Shown here: positions 20,063-28,135 of the stretch, piece after piece
Numbering within the stretch: the first letter of the stretch is position 1
How the letters are laid out: each line of letters begins with the position of its first letter
Source: Cellvibrionales bacterium
GTDB lineage: Bacteria; Pseudomonadota; Gammaproteobacteria; Pseudomonadales; JAHEIH01
Reading direction: 5' to 3'
Length of the DNA: 64,000 nt
NCBI GenBank assembly: GCA_024639455.1
Contig: JAHEIH010000006.1
Span: 44,411 to 108,410, forward strand
Made by a program: the position numbers and the translations under genes
The notes under the pieces: generated by a model
What the model was told of the DNA's origin: nothing
Database searches by the model: none
Seen by the model: the letters and a program-made list of their open reading frames with translations, nothing else

Positions 20063-21253
20063 CTATAGGCGCTTGGCGATTATCGCGCTGATGATGAGGA
20101 CGATGCTGGAGACGAGTAAACACCAGCCAAGTCCGGCGGCTTGATAAATAGCGCCCGACAGGATGGTGCCGAGTAGTCGGCCGGCGGCGTTAGACATGTA
20201 GTAAAAACCTACGTCAAGCGACACCCCGTCGTGCTTTGCCTTAGCCACAATAAGATAGCTATGCAGCGCCGAATTAATGGCAAAAAGGCTGGCGTAACAT
20301 ACCAGCCCGGTAATGAGTACGGCGGGCGTTAGCCACTGTTTAGAGTGGGCGGCGGCTAATAGCAGGGGCATTAGCGCCAGCAAAAAGCCCCATTTGGCGA
20401 CTGCCTGTTGGGAGTGTCGGGCGTCAAAAAAACGTGGCGTCGCGGCCTGAATGACCCCGTAACCGATAACCCAACTCGCCATCAAGCCACCTACTTGCCA
20501 GAAATCCCAGCCAAATTCGCTCGCTAGCCAAACGGGTAGCGCCACAACAAACCAAATGTCTCGAGAGGCAAACAGGAATAGTCTTGCGGCGGACAAAATA
20601 TTGACCGAGCGCGAGACCGATAATAATTGTTTAAATGTTGGTTTTTTCTTGGCCTTACCGAGATCGGCTTGCACCGTCAGCATGGATAGTATCCACATTG
20701 CGCCAATGGCGATGGCAAATATAGCTACCGCATTCTGAAAGCCATGGCTGCTCAGTAGCGCTCCCCCGGCAAAAAAGCCAATGCCTTTCAGTGTGTTCTT
20801 GGAGCCAGTGAGCAATGCCACCCAGCGGAATAGGGTATGTTGTTGATCGCTTGCAACGAGGGTTTTAATGGCGCTTTTTGCACTCATCTTGTTAAGGTCT
20901 TTAGCGATGCCGGACAGTGCCTGTGAGGCCATCACCAGCGGCACACTAAGCCAAGGGCTTGGCACGAGCAGAAGACCAAGTGCAAGAAGTTGAAGGCCGG
21001 TGCCGATATGCATGGTGCGATTGAGACCTAATGCTGCACCTAGCCAGCCACCCAATAGGTTTGTTACCACACCGAAGGCTTCGTAGAACAAAAACAGCGC
21101 CGCAATGTTCAGCGGGTCATACCCCAACTGGTGGAAATACAACACGACCAGCATTCGTAGTGCACCGTCGGATAGGGTAAAAACCCAGTAATTCAAGGTG
21201 ATCAGTAAGTATTGGATCACCTCGGTACGCCATGGCAAAACGCGTGCTAACAT
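20063..21253 (-). CDS. arsJ: MFS permease ArsJ (organoarsenical / 1-arseno-3-phosphoglycerate efflux)
   Basis: Polytopic MFS protein with the N-terminal block [25 protein letters not shown] typical of ArsJ. Immediately downstream of, and overlapping, a GAPDH gene. The start was trimmed to ATG 21253 (atgttag overlap with the gapdh stop). Confidence 0.72.
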   Translation of the reverse strand: MLARVLPWRTEVIQYLLITLNYWVFTLSDGALRMLVVLYFHQLGYDPLNIAALFLFYEAFGVVTNLLGGWLGAALGLNRTMHIGTGLQLLALGLLLVPSPWLSVPLVMASQALSGIAKDLNKMSAKSAIKTLVASDQQHTLFRWVALLTGSKNTLKGIGFFAGGALLSSHGFQNAVAIFAIAIGAMWILSMLTVQADLGKAKKKPTFKQLLSVSRSVNILSAARLFLFASRDIWFVVALPVWLASEFGWDFWQVGGLMASWVIGYGVIQAATPRFFDARHSQQAVAKWGFLLALMPLLLAAAHSKQWLTPAVLITGLVCYASLFAINSALHSYLIVAKAKHDGVSLDVGFYYMSNAAGRLLGTILSGAIYQAAGLGWCLLVSSIVLIISAIIAKRL

Positions 21254-22251
21254 GCACCGCCTATGAAACGCGCCAGTTCTGCGGTGCGGTTGGCATAGCC
21301 CCACTCATTGTCATACCACAGGTACAGCTTGAGTTGGGTGCCATTGACCACCATCGTTGACGGCGCGTCTACGATGCACGAGCGAGGGTCAGTGCGATAG
21401 TCAATTGAAACCAAAGGTCGCTCTTCATATCCCATAATGCCTTTTAATGCGCCTTCAGCGGCGTTACGCAGCGCTTGGTTTGCCTCTTCTGTGGTGACCT
21501 CTCGCGATAGTTCGAAGACGCAGTCGGTCAGCGAGGCGTTAGCCAATGGCACTCGAACCGCGTGGCCGTTTAGACGCCCTTCAAGTTCTGGGAAAATTTG
21601 CGTAATCGCCTTGGCGGAGCCGGTGGTGGTGGGAATGAGGCTCATGCCGCAGGCGCGCGCGCGGCGAAGGTCTTTGTGAGGAGCGTCGAGAATGGTTTGA
21701 GTATTGGTGATGTCGTGAATAGTCGTCATAGAACCGTGCACGATACCAAATTGCTCTTGAATGACTTTGACCGCGGGTGCCAGGCAATTTGTGGTACACG
21801 AGGCCGCCGTCACCAATCGGTGTTTTGCTGGCTCGAAAAGGTGTTGGTTGATGCCCATCACCAGATTCATCACGCCGTCTTCAGCCACTGGCGCACTCAC
21901 TAAAACACGGCTCACACCCTGCTGTAGATAGCCGTCCAGTAGGGCTTTTTTGCGCATAACGCCCGAGCACTCGATAACGATGTCGCAGCTGGACCAGTCG
22001 GTGTCTGCAATGGCTTTATTTTGGCTGCAGGCAATGGAATGGTCGGCAATGATTATGTGGCCAGCATCATGTGTCACGGTGTGTTGCCAGCGCCCGTGTA
22101 TCGAATCAAATTCGAGCAGGTGGGCGAGAGTGGCGGCGTCGCCGGCGGGATCGTTGATTTGTACAAATTGCAGCTCTGGCCAATCAAACGCGGCTCGCAT
22201 AACCAAACGACCTATTCGACCAAAACCATTGATACCGACTCTTATTGCCAC
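21247..22251 (-). CDS. gap: glyceraldehyde-3-phosphate dehydrogenase, ArsJ-coupled type
   Basis: [12 protein letters not shown]-binding motif and catalytic [10 protein letters not shown]. Start placed at GTG 22251 (ggaga SD 6 nt upstream, giving [15 protein letters not shown]) rather than GTG 22275. Confidence 0.85.
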   Translation of the reverse strand: MAIRVGINGFGRIGRLVMRAAFDWPELQFVQINDPAGDAATLAHLLEFDSIHGRWQHTVTHDAGHIIIADHSIACSQNKAIADTDWSSCDIVIECSGVMRKKALLDGYLQQGVSRVLVSAPVAEDGVMNLVMGINQHLFEPAKHRLVTAASCTTNCLAPAVKVIQEQFGIVHGSMTTIHDITNTQTILDAPHKDLRRARACGMSLIPTTTGSAKAITQIFPELEGRLNGHAVRVPLANASLTDCVFELSREVTTEEANQALRNAAEGALKGIMGYEERPLVSIDYRTDPRSCIVDAPSTMVVNGTQLKLYLWYDNEWGYANRTAELARFIGGAC

Positions 22252-22454
22252 GAAAACTCTCCAGTAGTTCTTCACTGTCTTAAACTATCATTCGATTATG
22301 ACATTTTTTTATCGAGTGTGGCTTGCAATCATAAAAACCCTGCCTTTTCTAATGTAGATTTTTTTACGTTGAGAGATAGGCATTTTTTTTATAATGCGCC
22401 AAACTGTGAACTAGTAGACAGTTTTCATGGAACGACTCATGGTACAAATTAGTC

Positions 22455-22844
22455 ATGGGTCACATAGCTACGGAGTTAGCAACGATGAATATGATGAACA
22501 AATATGCAGCAAATCCTTTTATTAATGCTGCACAATTGGGCGAGCAGGTAGAGGACTTGGTCAATGCAGACGCTTTGGAAGGCGGTTTGATTCAAGAAAA
22601 ATTTAAGGCGCTTAAAGTTGTCTTCGCTGAGATGCGAACCTATGGTGGTAAGACACACTGTGACGAACGCTTGTTGTTTGTCCAAGCTCCTCCATTTAAA
22701 GGCTGGAATAAAGAGGCGTTGTTTGAAGCGCTGGATAAATTCATAGCAAAGTGCTCGGCCGATCTCGACGTGGATTGTTTACAAATTTACTTAGGGGCGA
22801 GCCCGTTGGCACGTCAACGCGAGGCATTCGCTGAAGCCATTTAA
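22455..22844 (+). CDS. hypothetical protein (129 aa), no family recognised
   Basis: ORF followed by a clean terminator. It sits in an AT-rich region, and the start codon is uncertain (Met 1 or the MNMMN cluster). Confidence 0.45.
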   Translation: MGHIATELATMNMMNKYAANPFINAAQLGEQVEDLVNADALEGGLIQEKFKALKVVFAEMRTYGGKTHCDERLLFVQAPPFKGWNKEALFEALDKFIAKCSADLDVDCLQIYLGASPLARQREAFAEAI

Positions 22845-22862
22845 CGCTTCGTTGTTCATCTT

Positions 22863-22889
22863 AAAAAAGCCGGCTCAGCCGGCTTTTTT
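22863..22889. terminator. bidirectional rho-independent terminator
   Basis: aaaaaa-GCCGGC-tca-GCCGGC-tttttt: a GC stem flanked by an A-run and a T-run. Confidence 0.8.
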
Positions 22890-22997
22890 ATTATTAATGA
22901 GCCGGACCCTGGCTTACGTAAGTTTTACAAACATCGTTTATGTAAGACTTACACTATTATTATTTATATTAAAAGCCAATGTGGGCAATGGAGTTAT

Positions 22998-23412
22998 ATG
23001 TTTAGTTCATTGCGTGGCAGAATATTAATCCTTACCTCAACGATTGCCTTATTAGCAACAATGTTATTTATCTACATCGTCTTTGATCGCGACCGCGAGC
23101 AACTGTTGATGGAGTATAACGAATACACCACTGCTTCTGTCGACGTACAAGAAACCTACCTTAATGGATTTGTGGATAACCTGACGCGGGATACTCTCGT
23201 TCTAGCGCAAAGCCCTATGTTAGCCTCATTTGTCAACACTAATCAGCTCAATGGCTTATATTCATGACAATAGCGGTAAACATTTCGATCCAGAACTGGT
23301 GCGAATTTTTGCGGGAATAATGCCAACAATTAGCCAAATCAGCCAAGAGTTTAAAGAACTGGCGGATGCAGAAGAGGATCTTACCCGGCAGGATGCTATT
23401 TGCCCTAAATAA
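22998..23412 (+). pseudogene. remnant of a membrane sensor / HD-GYP-type protein (N-terminal TM + sensor start joined out of frame to an extreme C-terminal tail)
   Basis: ORF 22998..23267 encodes a signal-anchor (ILILTSTIALLATMLFIYIV) plus about 60 aa of a sensor-like domain, then stops. The overlapping ORF 23230..23412, in another frame, reads ...YIHDNSGKHFDPELVRIFAGIM.... That resembles the last ~40 aa of HD-GYP/HD-domain phosphohydrolases. About 1-2 kb of a normal gene is missing. Confidence 0.45.
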
Positions 23413-23468
23413 CCTGTAACAACGCCATCAGACGAGGCTAATATACTAGAAATTTCTCGAGAGCCGCT

Positions 23469-24728
23469 ATGTCTAATAATAATTTCAATATCGTTGTATT
23501 TGGTGCCACTAGCTTTGTCGGTCAAATTCTTGTGCGCTATTTGGTGGATGAATTGCCTGCCCAAGATCCACCGCTGCGCTGGGCGATGGCGGCGCGTTCT
23601 GCCAGTAAGCTCGCTGAGCTTAAAGCGGAATTTGGTGGACGGGCGGACAGCGTGCCAGAGCTGATCGTAGACGCCACCAATGACGATCAACTTGCAGCAA
23701 TGTGCCAACAGACCGATGTGGTGATTTCTACAGTTGGCCCTTATGCCTTTTATGGTGAACCCTTGGTCAAGGCGTGTGTAGCCCACGGTACCGACTACTG
23801 TGATTTGACCGGAGAGACACAGTGGATCAAGCGTATGATCGATACTTATGAAGCGCAGGCGAAAGCCACCGGCGCGCGTATCGTGCACTGCTGTGGCTTT
23901 GATTCAGTCCCCTCGGATTTAGGGGTGAAAGCACTACAGCAGGAAGCGGTGGCTCGTTTTGGTTCCCCTCTTGACCGTGTGGTCATGGGGGTGAAGGCAA
24001 TGAAGGGCGGCGCTTCTGGCGGCACCATTGCCAGCCTGATCAATGTGGTCGCTGAAGCCATGGCGAATCCCGCGCTAAAAAAACAACTGGCCAACCCCTA
24101 TCTGTTGTGCCCCCCTGGCCATCCCTACAAAGTGCGTCAACGCACGGTTAAGGGCTCTGAATACAGCGATCTTCACCAAGCCTGGTGTGCACCGTTTGTC
24201 ATGGCGGCGATCAACGAGCGAGTTGTTCATCGCTCTAACGCGTGTCTGGGGCATGCCTATGGTGAGCATTTTTGCTATAGCGAAGGCATGTTGATGGGAC
24301 GTGATGGCAGAGGCCGGCGCCGCAGTTTAGTGACAACCTTCGGTCTCGGTGCTTTCATGCTGGCGGTTGCCATAAAACCCTTTCGCAAATTGCTGCAGGC
24401 GTTTATGTTACCCAAACCCGGTGAGGGGCCGAGCCTCGCAGAACAGTTGGCCGGTTTCTTCGATATGCGTTTTGTCGGCCGTCACGCCAATGGCCAGACT
24501 CTGGCTGTTAAGGTGACGGGAGATCGTGATCCAGGCTATGGTTGCACAGCCAAAATGTTGGCTCAAGCAGCCCTTTGTTTGGCGTTTGATCACCGAAATG
24601 ACAGTGGTAAAACTGGCCGGTTGGGTGGTTTCTGGACGCCAGCAAGCATGTTCGACGACCGCTATGTGGATCGATTGAAGCAGTTCGCAGGCGTCGAGAT
24701 TCGCGTGCATGAGCAGGATGAGAAATGA
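23469..24728 (+). CDS. saccharopine dehydrogenase-family NAD(P)-binding oxidoreductase
   Basis: N-terminal Rossmann motif IVVFGATSFVGQ. The size (419 aa) and layout match Sacchrp_dh_NADP family proteins. Confidence 0.7.
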   Translation: MSNNNFNIVVFGATSFVGQILVRYLVDELPAQDPPLRWAMAARSASKLAELKAEFGGRADSVPELIVDATNDDQLAAMCQQTDVVISTVGPYAFYGEPLVKACVAHGTDYCDLTGETQWIKRMIDTYEAQAKATGARIVHCCGFDSVPSDLGVKALQQEAVARFGSPLDRVVMGVKAMKGGASGGTIASLINVVAEAMANPALKKQLANPYLLCPPGHPYKVRQRTVKGSEYSDLHQAWCAPFVMAAINERVVHRSNACLGHAYGEHFCYSEGMLMGRDGRGRRRSLVTTFGLGAFMLAVAIKPFRKLLQAFMLPKPGEGPSLAEQLAGFFDMRFVGRHANGQTLAVKVTGDRDPGYGCTAKMLAQAALCLAFDHRNDSGKTGRLGGFWTPASMFDDRYVDRLKQFAGVEIRVHEQDEK

Positions 24729-25219
24729 GTGTTGTGATTCGCCCTGCTGTTGAAGAGGATTTCGATGCTATTTGGCCAATTTTTGAAAGTGTTGCTAGGG
24801 CAGGTGATACCTATGCTTATTCACGCAACATCACCCACGAAGAAGCCTATCAACAGTGGATGGTGGTCCCACGCAAAACCTTCGTGTGCGAGTTAGATGG
24901 CAACATAGCAGCGACGTACTATCTGAAGACCAACGCCTACGGTCCCGGCAGCCATGTGTGTAATGCGGGATTTATGACGGCTGAGGCGTTTCGTGGACGC
25001 GGCTTGGCCGCAGCCATGTGTGAGCATGCGCAGCGTGAAGCGATAAAAATGCAGTATTTGGCGATGCAGTTCAACTTTGTGGCGTCCACCAACACCGGTG
25101 CTGTCGCCCTTTGGGAGCGACAAGGTTTTGATATTGTGGGGCGTCTACCAAAGGCTTTTAAGCATCCGTCGCATGGATTGGTTGACGCGCTCGTCATGTA
25201 CAAGTGGCTGATTAACTAA
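24725..25219 (+). CDS. GNAT-family N-acetyltransferase
   Basis: 164 aa. Acetyl-CoA binding block RGRGLAAAM and a downstream NTGAVALWERQGF. Overlaps the upstream gene by 4 nt. Confidence 0.8.
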   Translation: MSVVIRPAVEEDFDAIWPIFESVARAGDTYAYSRNITHEEAYQQWMVVPRKTFVCELDGNIAATYYLKTNAYGPGSHVCNAGFMTAEAFRGRGLAAAMCEHAQREAIKMQYLAMQFNFVASTNTGAVALWERQGFDIVGRLPKAFKHPSHGLVDALVMYKWLIN

Positions 25220-25232
25220 AACCAGTAAGGGC

Positions 25233-25451
25233 CTATTCGAAGCCTTCGATCTCGCCTTTCTCAACCGCATCCATAATGGCTTCGATCGCCTCAACACTCG
25301 TTTCACCGGGAATGGTGTGCTCTTCGCTTGACCAGGCGCCTAAATCGATCATCTTGCAGCGCTCAGAGCAAAAAGGACGGTTGGGGAAATCTGCATTCCA
25401 CTTGATGACTTTTTTACAGACGGGGCAGTTTAGGCTTAGGCCTTGGCTCAT
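25233..25451 (-). CDS. yacG: DNA gyrase inhibitor YacG (zinc finger)
   Basis: Trimmed from ORF 25233..25616, which read through the tRNA gene, to ATG 25451. [14 protein letters not shown]...[16 protein letters not shown] is the YacG C4 zinc-finger signature. Confidence 0.85.
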   Translation of the reverse strand: MSQGLSLNCPVCKKVIKWNADFPNRPFCSERCKMIDLGAWSSEEHTIPGETSVEAIEAIMDAVEKGEIEGFE

Positions 25452-25507
25452 GGTTGGGTCCTGCTGATTTGGCGTTTTCTGTATGGTAACACGAGATAGG
25501 TAGGTGC

Positions 25508-25537
25508 AAAAAAGGCCCGCCGATGGCGAGCCTTTTT
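25508..25537 (-). terminator. rho-independent terminator downstream of tRNA-Ser
   Basis: The minus strand reads aaaaaGGCTCGCC-atc-GGCGGGCC-tttttt, with one mismatch in a 9-bp stem. Confidence 0.75.
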
Positions 25538-25542
25538 GGTTA

Positions 25543-25630
25543 TGGCGGTGAGGGAGGGATTCGAACCCTCGGTACGTTGCCGTACACACACTTTCCAGGC
25601 GTGCTCTTTCGACCACTCAGACACCTCACC
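25543..25630 (-). tRNA. tRNA-Ser (anticodon GGA)
   Basis: Folded by hand. Acceptor GGTGAGG/CCTCACC + G + CCA; D arm TCT-GAGTGGTCGAA-AGA; anticodon stem CACGC/GTGTG with loop CU-GGA-AA. Long variable arm GTACG-GCAA-CGTAC; T arm GAGGG-TTCGAAT-CCCTC. 88 nt. Confidence 0.93.
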
Positions 25631-25697
25631 GTGTCTTTTTGACTCATTTGCTCTTAGCAATAGAGTAGAATTTGTTTATGGCAAGCATCCATCCATG

Positions 25698-25790
25698 GGC
25701 CTCACCCAGGTCGTACGTCCTGTTCGACCGCCACTAAGCTGCGACGCTATGCGTCGGTCTTGGCTTGCCCACTCAGACACCTCACCGAGC
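25698..25790 (-). other. tRNA-Ser 5'-fragment duplication (non-functional tRNA-like segment)
   Basis: Bases 25769..25787 are identical (19/19) to 25613..25631, the first 18 nt of the tRNA-Ser gene plus 1 flanking nt. No matching 3' acceptor strand (CCTCACC on the minus strand) or canonical anticodon loop follows. Confidence 0.5.
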
Positions 25791-25866
25791 AGGCGGGCAC
25801 TATAGCGATTCAACCTTGCGAGTGCAATATCGATCCGGAACAATTCAAAGAAAGTAGCATTTAGGC

Positions 25867-25894
25867 TTGAAATAGGGCGGGTGAATGGTATTAT
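25867..25894 (+). promoter_or_regulatory. candidate sigma70 promoter for the SRP RNA gene
   Basis: TTGAAA (25867-25872), a 16-nt spacer, TATTAT (25889-25894). The predicted start near 25901 coincides with the 5' arm of the SRP RNA helix. Confidence 0.5.
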
Positions 25895-25900
25895 GCCGAC

Positions 25901-26010
25901 CGGTCCATATCGGTCCTCTCGCAATGATAACTAGCGAACCCAGCCAGGCCCGGAAGGGAGCAACTGTAGTTAGTGACTCATGTGCCGGGATGTGGCTGGT
26001 ATGGATCACC
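25901..26010 (+). ncRNA. ffs: signal recognition particle RNA (4.5S RNA)
   Basis: The core CAGCCAGGCCCGGAAGGGAGCAAC...GTGCCGGGATGTGGCTGG aligns by eye with the E. coli 4.5S domain IV (CAGGUCAGGUCCGGAAGGAAGCAGC...GUGCCGGGAUGUAGCUGG). The 5' GGTCCA pairs with the 3' TGGATC. Ends are approximate (+/- 5 nt). Confidence 0.85.
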
Positions 26011-26079
26011 TTTCTCAAATCTCGTGCGTTTCCAATCTATTAAATTTTCATCAAGTGCTATAGTTTTGTTTATTCAACT

Positions 26080-26904
26080 ATGGAGCAAAATATGGACCCC
26101 CTAGAAAACCTTCTTACGACTTACTGGCCGGTTGCGTTTGAATTTGCCTTAAAGTTTTTACTATCAATTGTCATTTTTATCATTGGTAAATTTGTCGCCA
26201 GTAGAATTCGTAGCTTGATTTCTAAAGGCCTGCAGTTGCGTAATGTCGACCCCACGGTTGAAAACTTCGTGGCCAACTTCAGCTACTACATTTTGTTGAT
26301 GCTGGTGATCGTCGTTGTGCTAAGTCAGTTGGGTGTACAAACGGCTTCCTTAGTGGCAGTGATGGGCGCGATGGGCTTGGCAGTAGGATTGGCGCTGCAA
26401 GGGTCGTTATCTAACTTTGCCAGCGGGGTTTTGTTGATTGTTTTACGTCCATGCAAGATCGGTGATTTTGTTGAAGCCGGCGGTGAAGCGGGCACCATCA
26501 CTGCGATCGATATTCTTGCCACTACTATGACGACACCAGATAACAAGGTGATCGTTATCCCCAATTCGCAAATCATGGGACGCTCAATCGTCAATTACTC
26601 GGCTTTGGATACGCGCCGTGTGGATCTTTTGGTGGGGGTGGCCTATGACACAGACTTAGCCCTAGCAAAGGAGACGCTATTGTCGCTATGTGCACAGGAT
26701 GAACGCATCAAGACTGACCCCGAGGTTTTGGTGGGTGTGAAAGAACTGGCGGACAGCTCGATCAACTTTTTGGTGCGCTTTTGGGTGGACCGGCCAGAAT
26801 TTTGGAATGTGCAATACGACATGAATCAGAAAATTGTCGATACCTTCCGTGCTAAAGGTATCGAAATACCCTTCCCGCAGGTGGATGTACATTTAGACAA
26901 ATAA
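26080..26904 (+). CDS. mscS: small-conductance mechanosensitive channel (MscS family)
   Basis: Three N-terminal TM helices, then the MscS beta-domain block LRPCKIGDFVEAGGEAGTITAIDILATTMTTPDNKVIVIPNSQI. The start may be the second Met at 26092. Confidence 0.85.
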   Translation: MEQNMDPLENLLTTYWPVAFEFALKFLLSIVIFIIGKFVASRIRSLISKGLQLRNVDPTVENFVANFSYYILLMLVIVVVLSQLGVQTASLVAVMGAMGLAVGLALQGSLSNFASGVLLIVLRPCKIGDFVEAGGEAGTITAIDILATTMTTPDNKVIVIPNSQIMGRSIVNYSALDTRRVDLLVGVAYDTDLALAKETLLSLCAQDERIKTDPEVLVGVKELADSSINFLVRFWVDRPEFWNVQYDMNQKIVDTFRAKGIEIPFPQVDVHLDK

Positions 26905-26975
26905 CACGGTTCTCAACGTGTCGCACAGGCGATTAGATATGTATAATCGCCTGATCATTTATACGTAGAGTCACT

Positions 26976-28135
26976 ATGAGTTATCAGGTACTTGCCAGGA
27001 AATGGCGCCCTAAACGCTTTCGCGAAATGGCCGGCCAAGAGCATGTTTTGCAGGCCATTATTAATGGTTTGGATCACGACCGCCTGCACCATGCCTATCT
27101 CTTTACGGGTACCCGTGGGGTGGGGAAAACCACTATCGCGCGTATTTTTGCCAAGTGTCTCAACTGTGAGAGCGGGGTGAGTTCTGAACCGTGTGGTAGC
27201 TGTACCTCATGCACTGAAATCAACGAAAACCGTTTTATCGATTTGATCGAAGTGGACGCGGCGTCGCGTACCAAGGTCGAGGATACCCGTGAGCTGCTGG
27301 AGAATGTGCAATACGCCCCTAGCAAGGGTCGCTACAAGGTCTACCTCATTGACGAAGTACACATGCTTTCCAACAGTTCCTTTAACGCGCTGTTAAAAAC
27401 CCTAGAAGAGCCACCACCGCACGTTAAGTTCCTGTTAGCAACCACGGACCCACAGAAACTGCCGGCTACTGTGTTGTCGCGCTGTTTACAGTTCAATTTG
27501 AAAAACCTCAGCCCCGAGCGCATCGTGCAGCATCTGAAAGACGTGCTGCAACAAGAAATGGTGCAGTTCGATGAGCCTGCACTGTGGCTATTAGGTCGCG
27601 CGGCGAATGGTTCTATGCGAGATGCGCTCAGCCTAACCGATCAAGCCATTGCCTTTGGTTCTGGCAAGGTGTTGGAAGGCGAGGTCGCCACCATGCTGGG
27701 TACCATCGACACCAGCTACATCGTGACTATGCTGCATGGCCTTGCTCACAATGATGCAGCGGCACTGCTGGCAGCGGTTGATCATATGTCCGAGCACTCT
27801 CCGGATTATCAGGCGGCACTTGAAGCCATGCTACTACTGTTACACCGTATCACCGTAGCGCAAATGGTGCCCGCGGCGGTCGATAATGCTCAAGGTGACC
27901 GCGAGCAGGTGCTCGACTTGGCGGAGCAATTGCCTGCCGGTGATGTACAGCTGTTTTACCAGTTAGGGTTACACGCGCGGCGCGACCTACCGTTAGCGCC
28001 TGATCCCCGCAGCGGTTTCGAGATGGCCGTGCTGCGTATGATGGCGTTCAAGCCCCAGACGGCTGAAGCGGCCAGTTCGCGCAATATGTCGTCGTTAGCT
28101 GCTCAGGGAGGTAATCCTGAAGTAAAAAAGCCTAA
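26976..28135 (+). CDS. dnaX: DNA polymerase III subunit gamma (predicted -1 frameshift product, about 386 aa)
   Basis: Zero-frame codons ...GTA AAA AAG contain the heptamer A AAA AAG (28124-28130). After a -1 slip the frame reads AAA AAA GCC TAA, stopping at 28133-28135. Confidence 0.65.

Noticed and set aside
22021-22452. 143-aa plus-strand ORF spanning the gapdh 5' end and the upstream intergenic region
   Set aside because: It is largely antisense to gapdh and continues into an AT-rich non-coding stretch. It has no SD and no recognisable sequence.
23262-23888. 208-aa minus-strand ORF, plus similar long antisense ORFs at 49216..49833, 53679..54179, 57995..58504, 50003..50434 and 44280..44708
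   Set aside because: These are shadow ORFs opposite well-supported genes (Sacchrp_dh, biotin carboxylase, mutase, tyrB, cysB). Their Arg/His/Gly-rich nonsense composition is typical of the GC-rich antisense frame.
25233-25616. 127-aa version of the yacG ORF
   Set aside because: The upstream extension reads straight through the tRNA-Ser gene and its terminator. It was trimmed to the Met that begins the YacG zinc-finger protein.
25698-25790. A possible second tRNA-Ser gene
   Set aside because: Only the first 18 nt match. I could not build an acceptor stem (no CCTCACC 3' strand), the candidate anticodon loop lacks U33, and there is no T-arm GTTCGAATC. It is kept only as a fragment or finding.
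25536-25924. ORFs 25536..25805 (+), 25448..25660 (-) and 25676..25924 (-)
   Set aside because: They overlap the tRNA, the tRNA-like fragment and the SRP RNA promoter. They have no coding signal, and the region is better explained by RNA genes.
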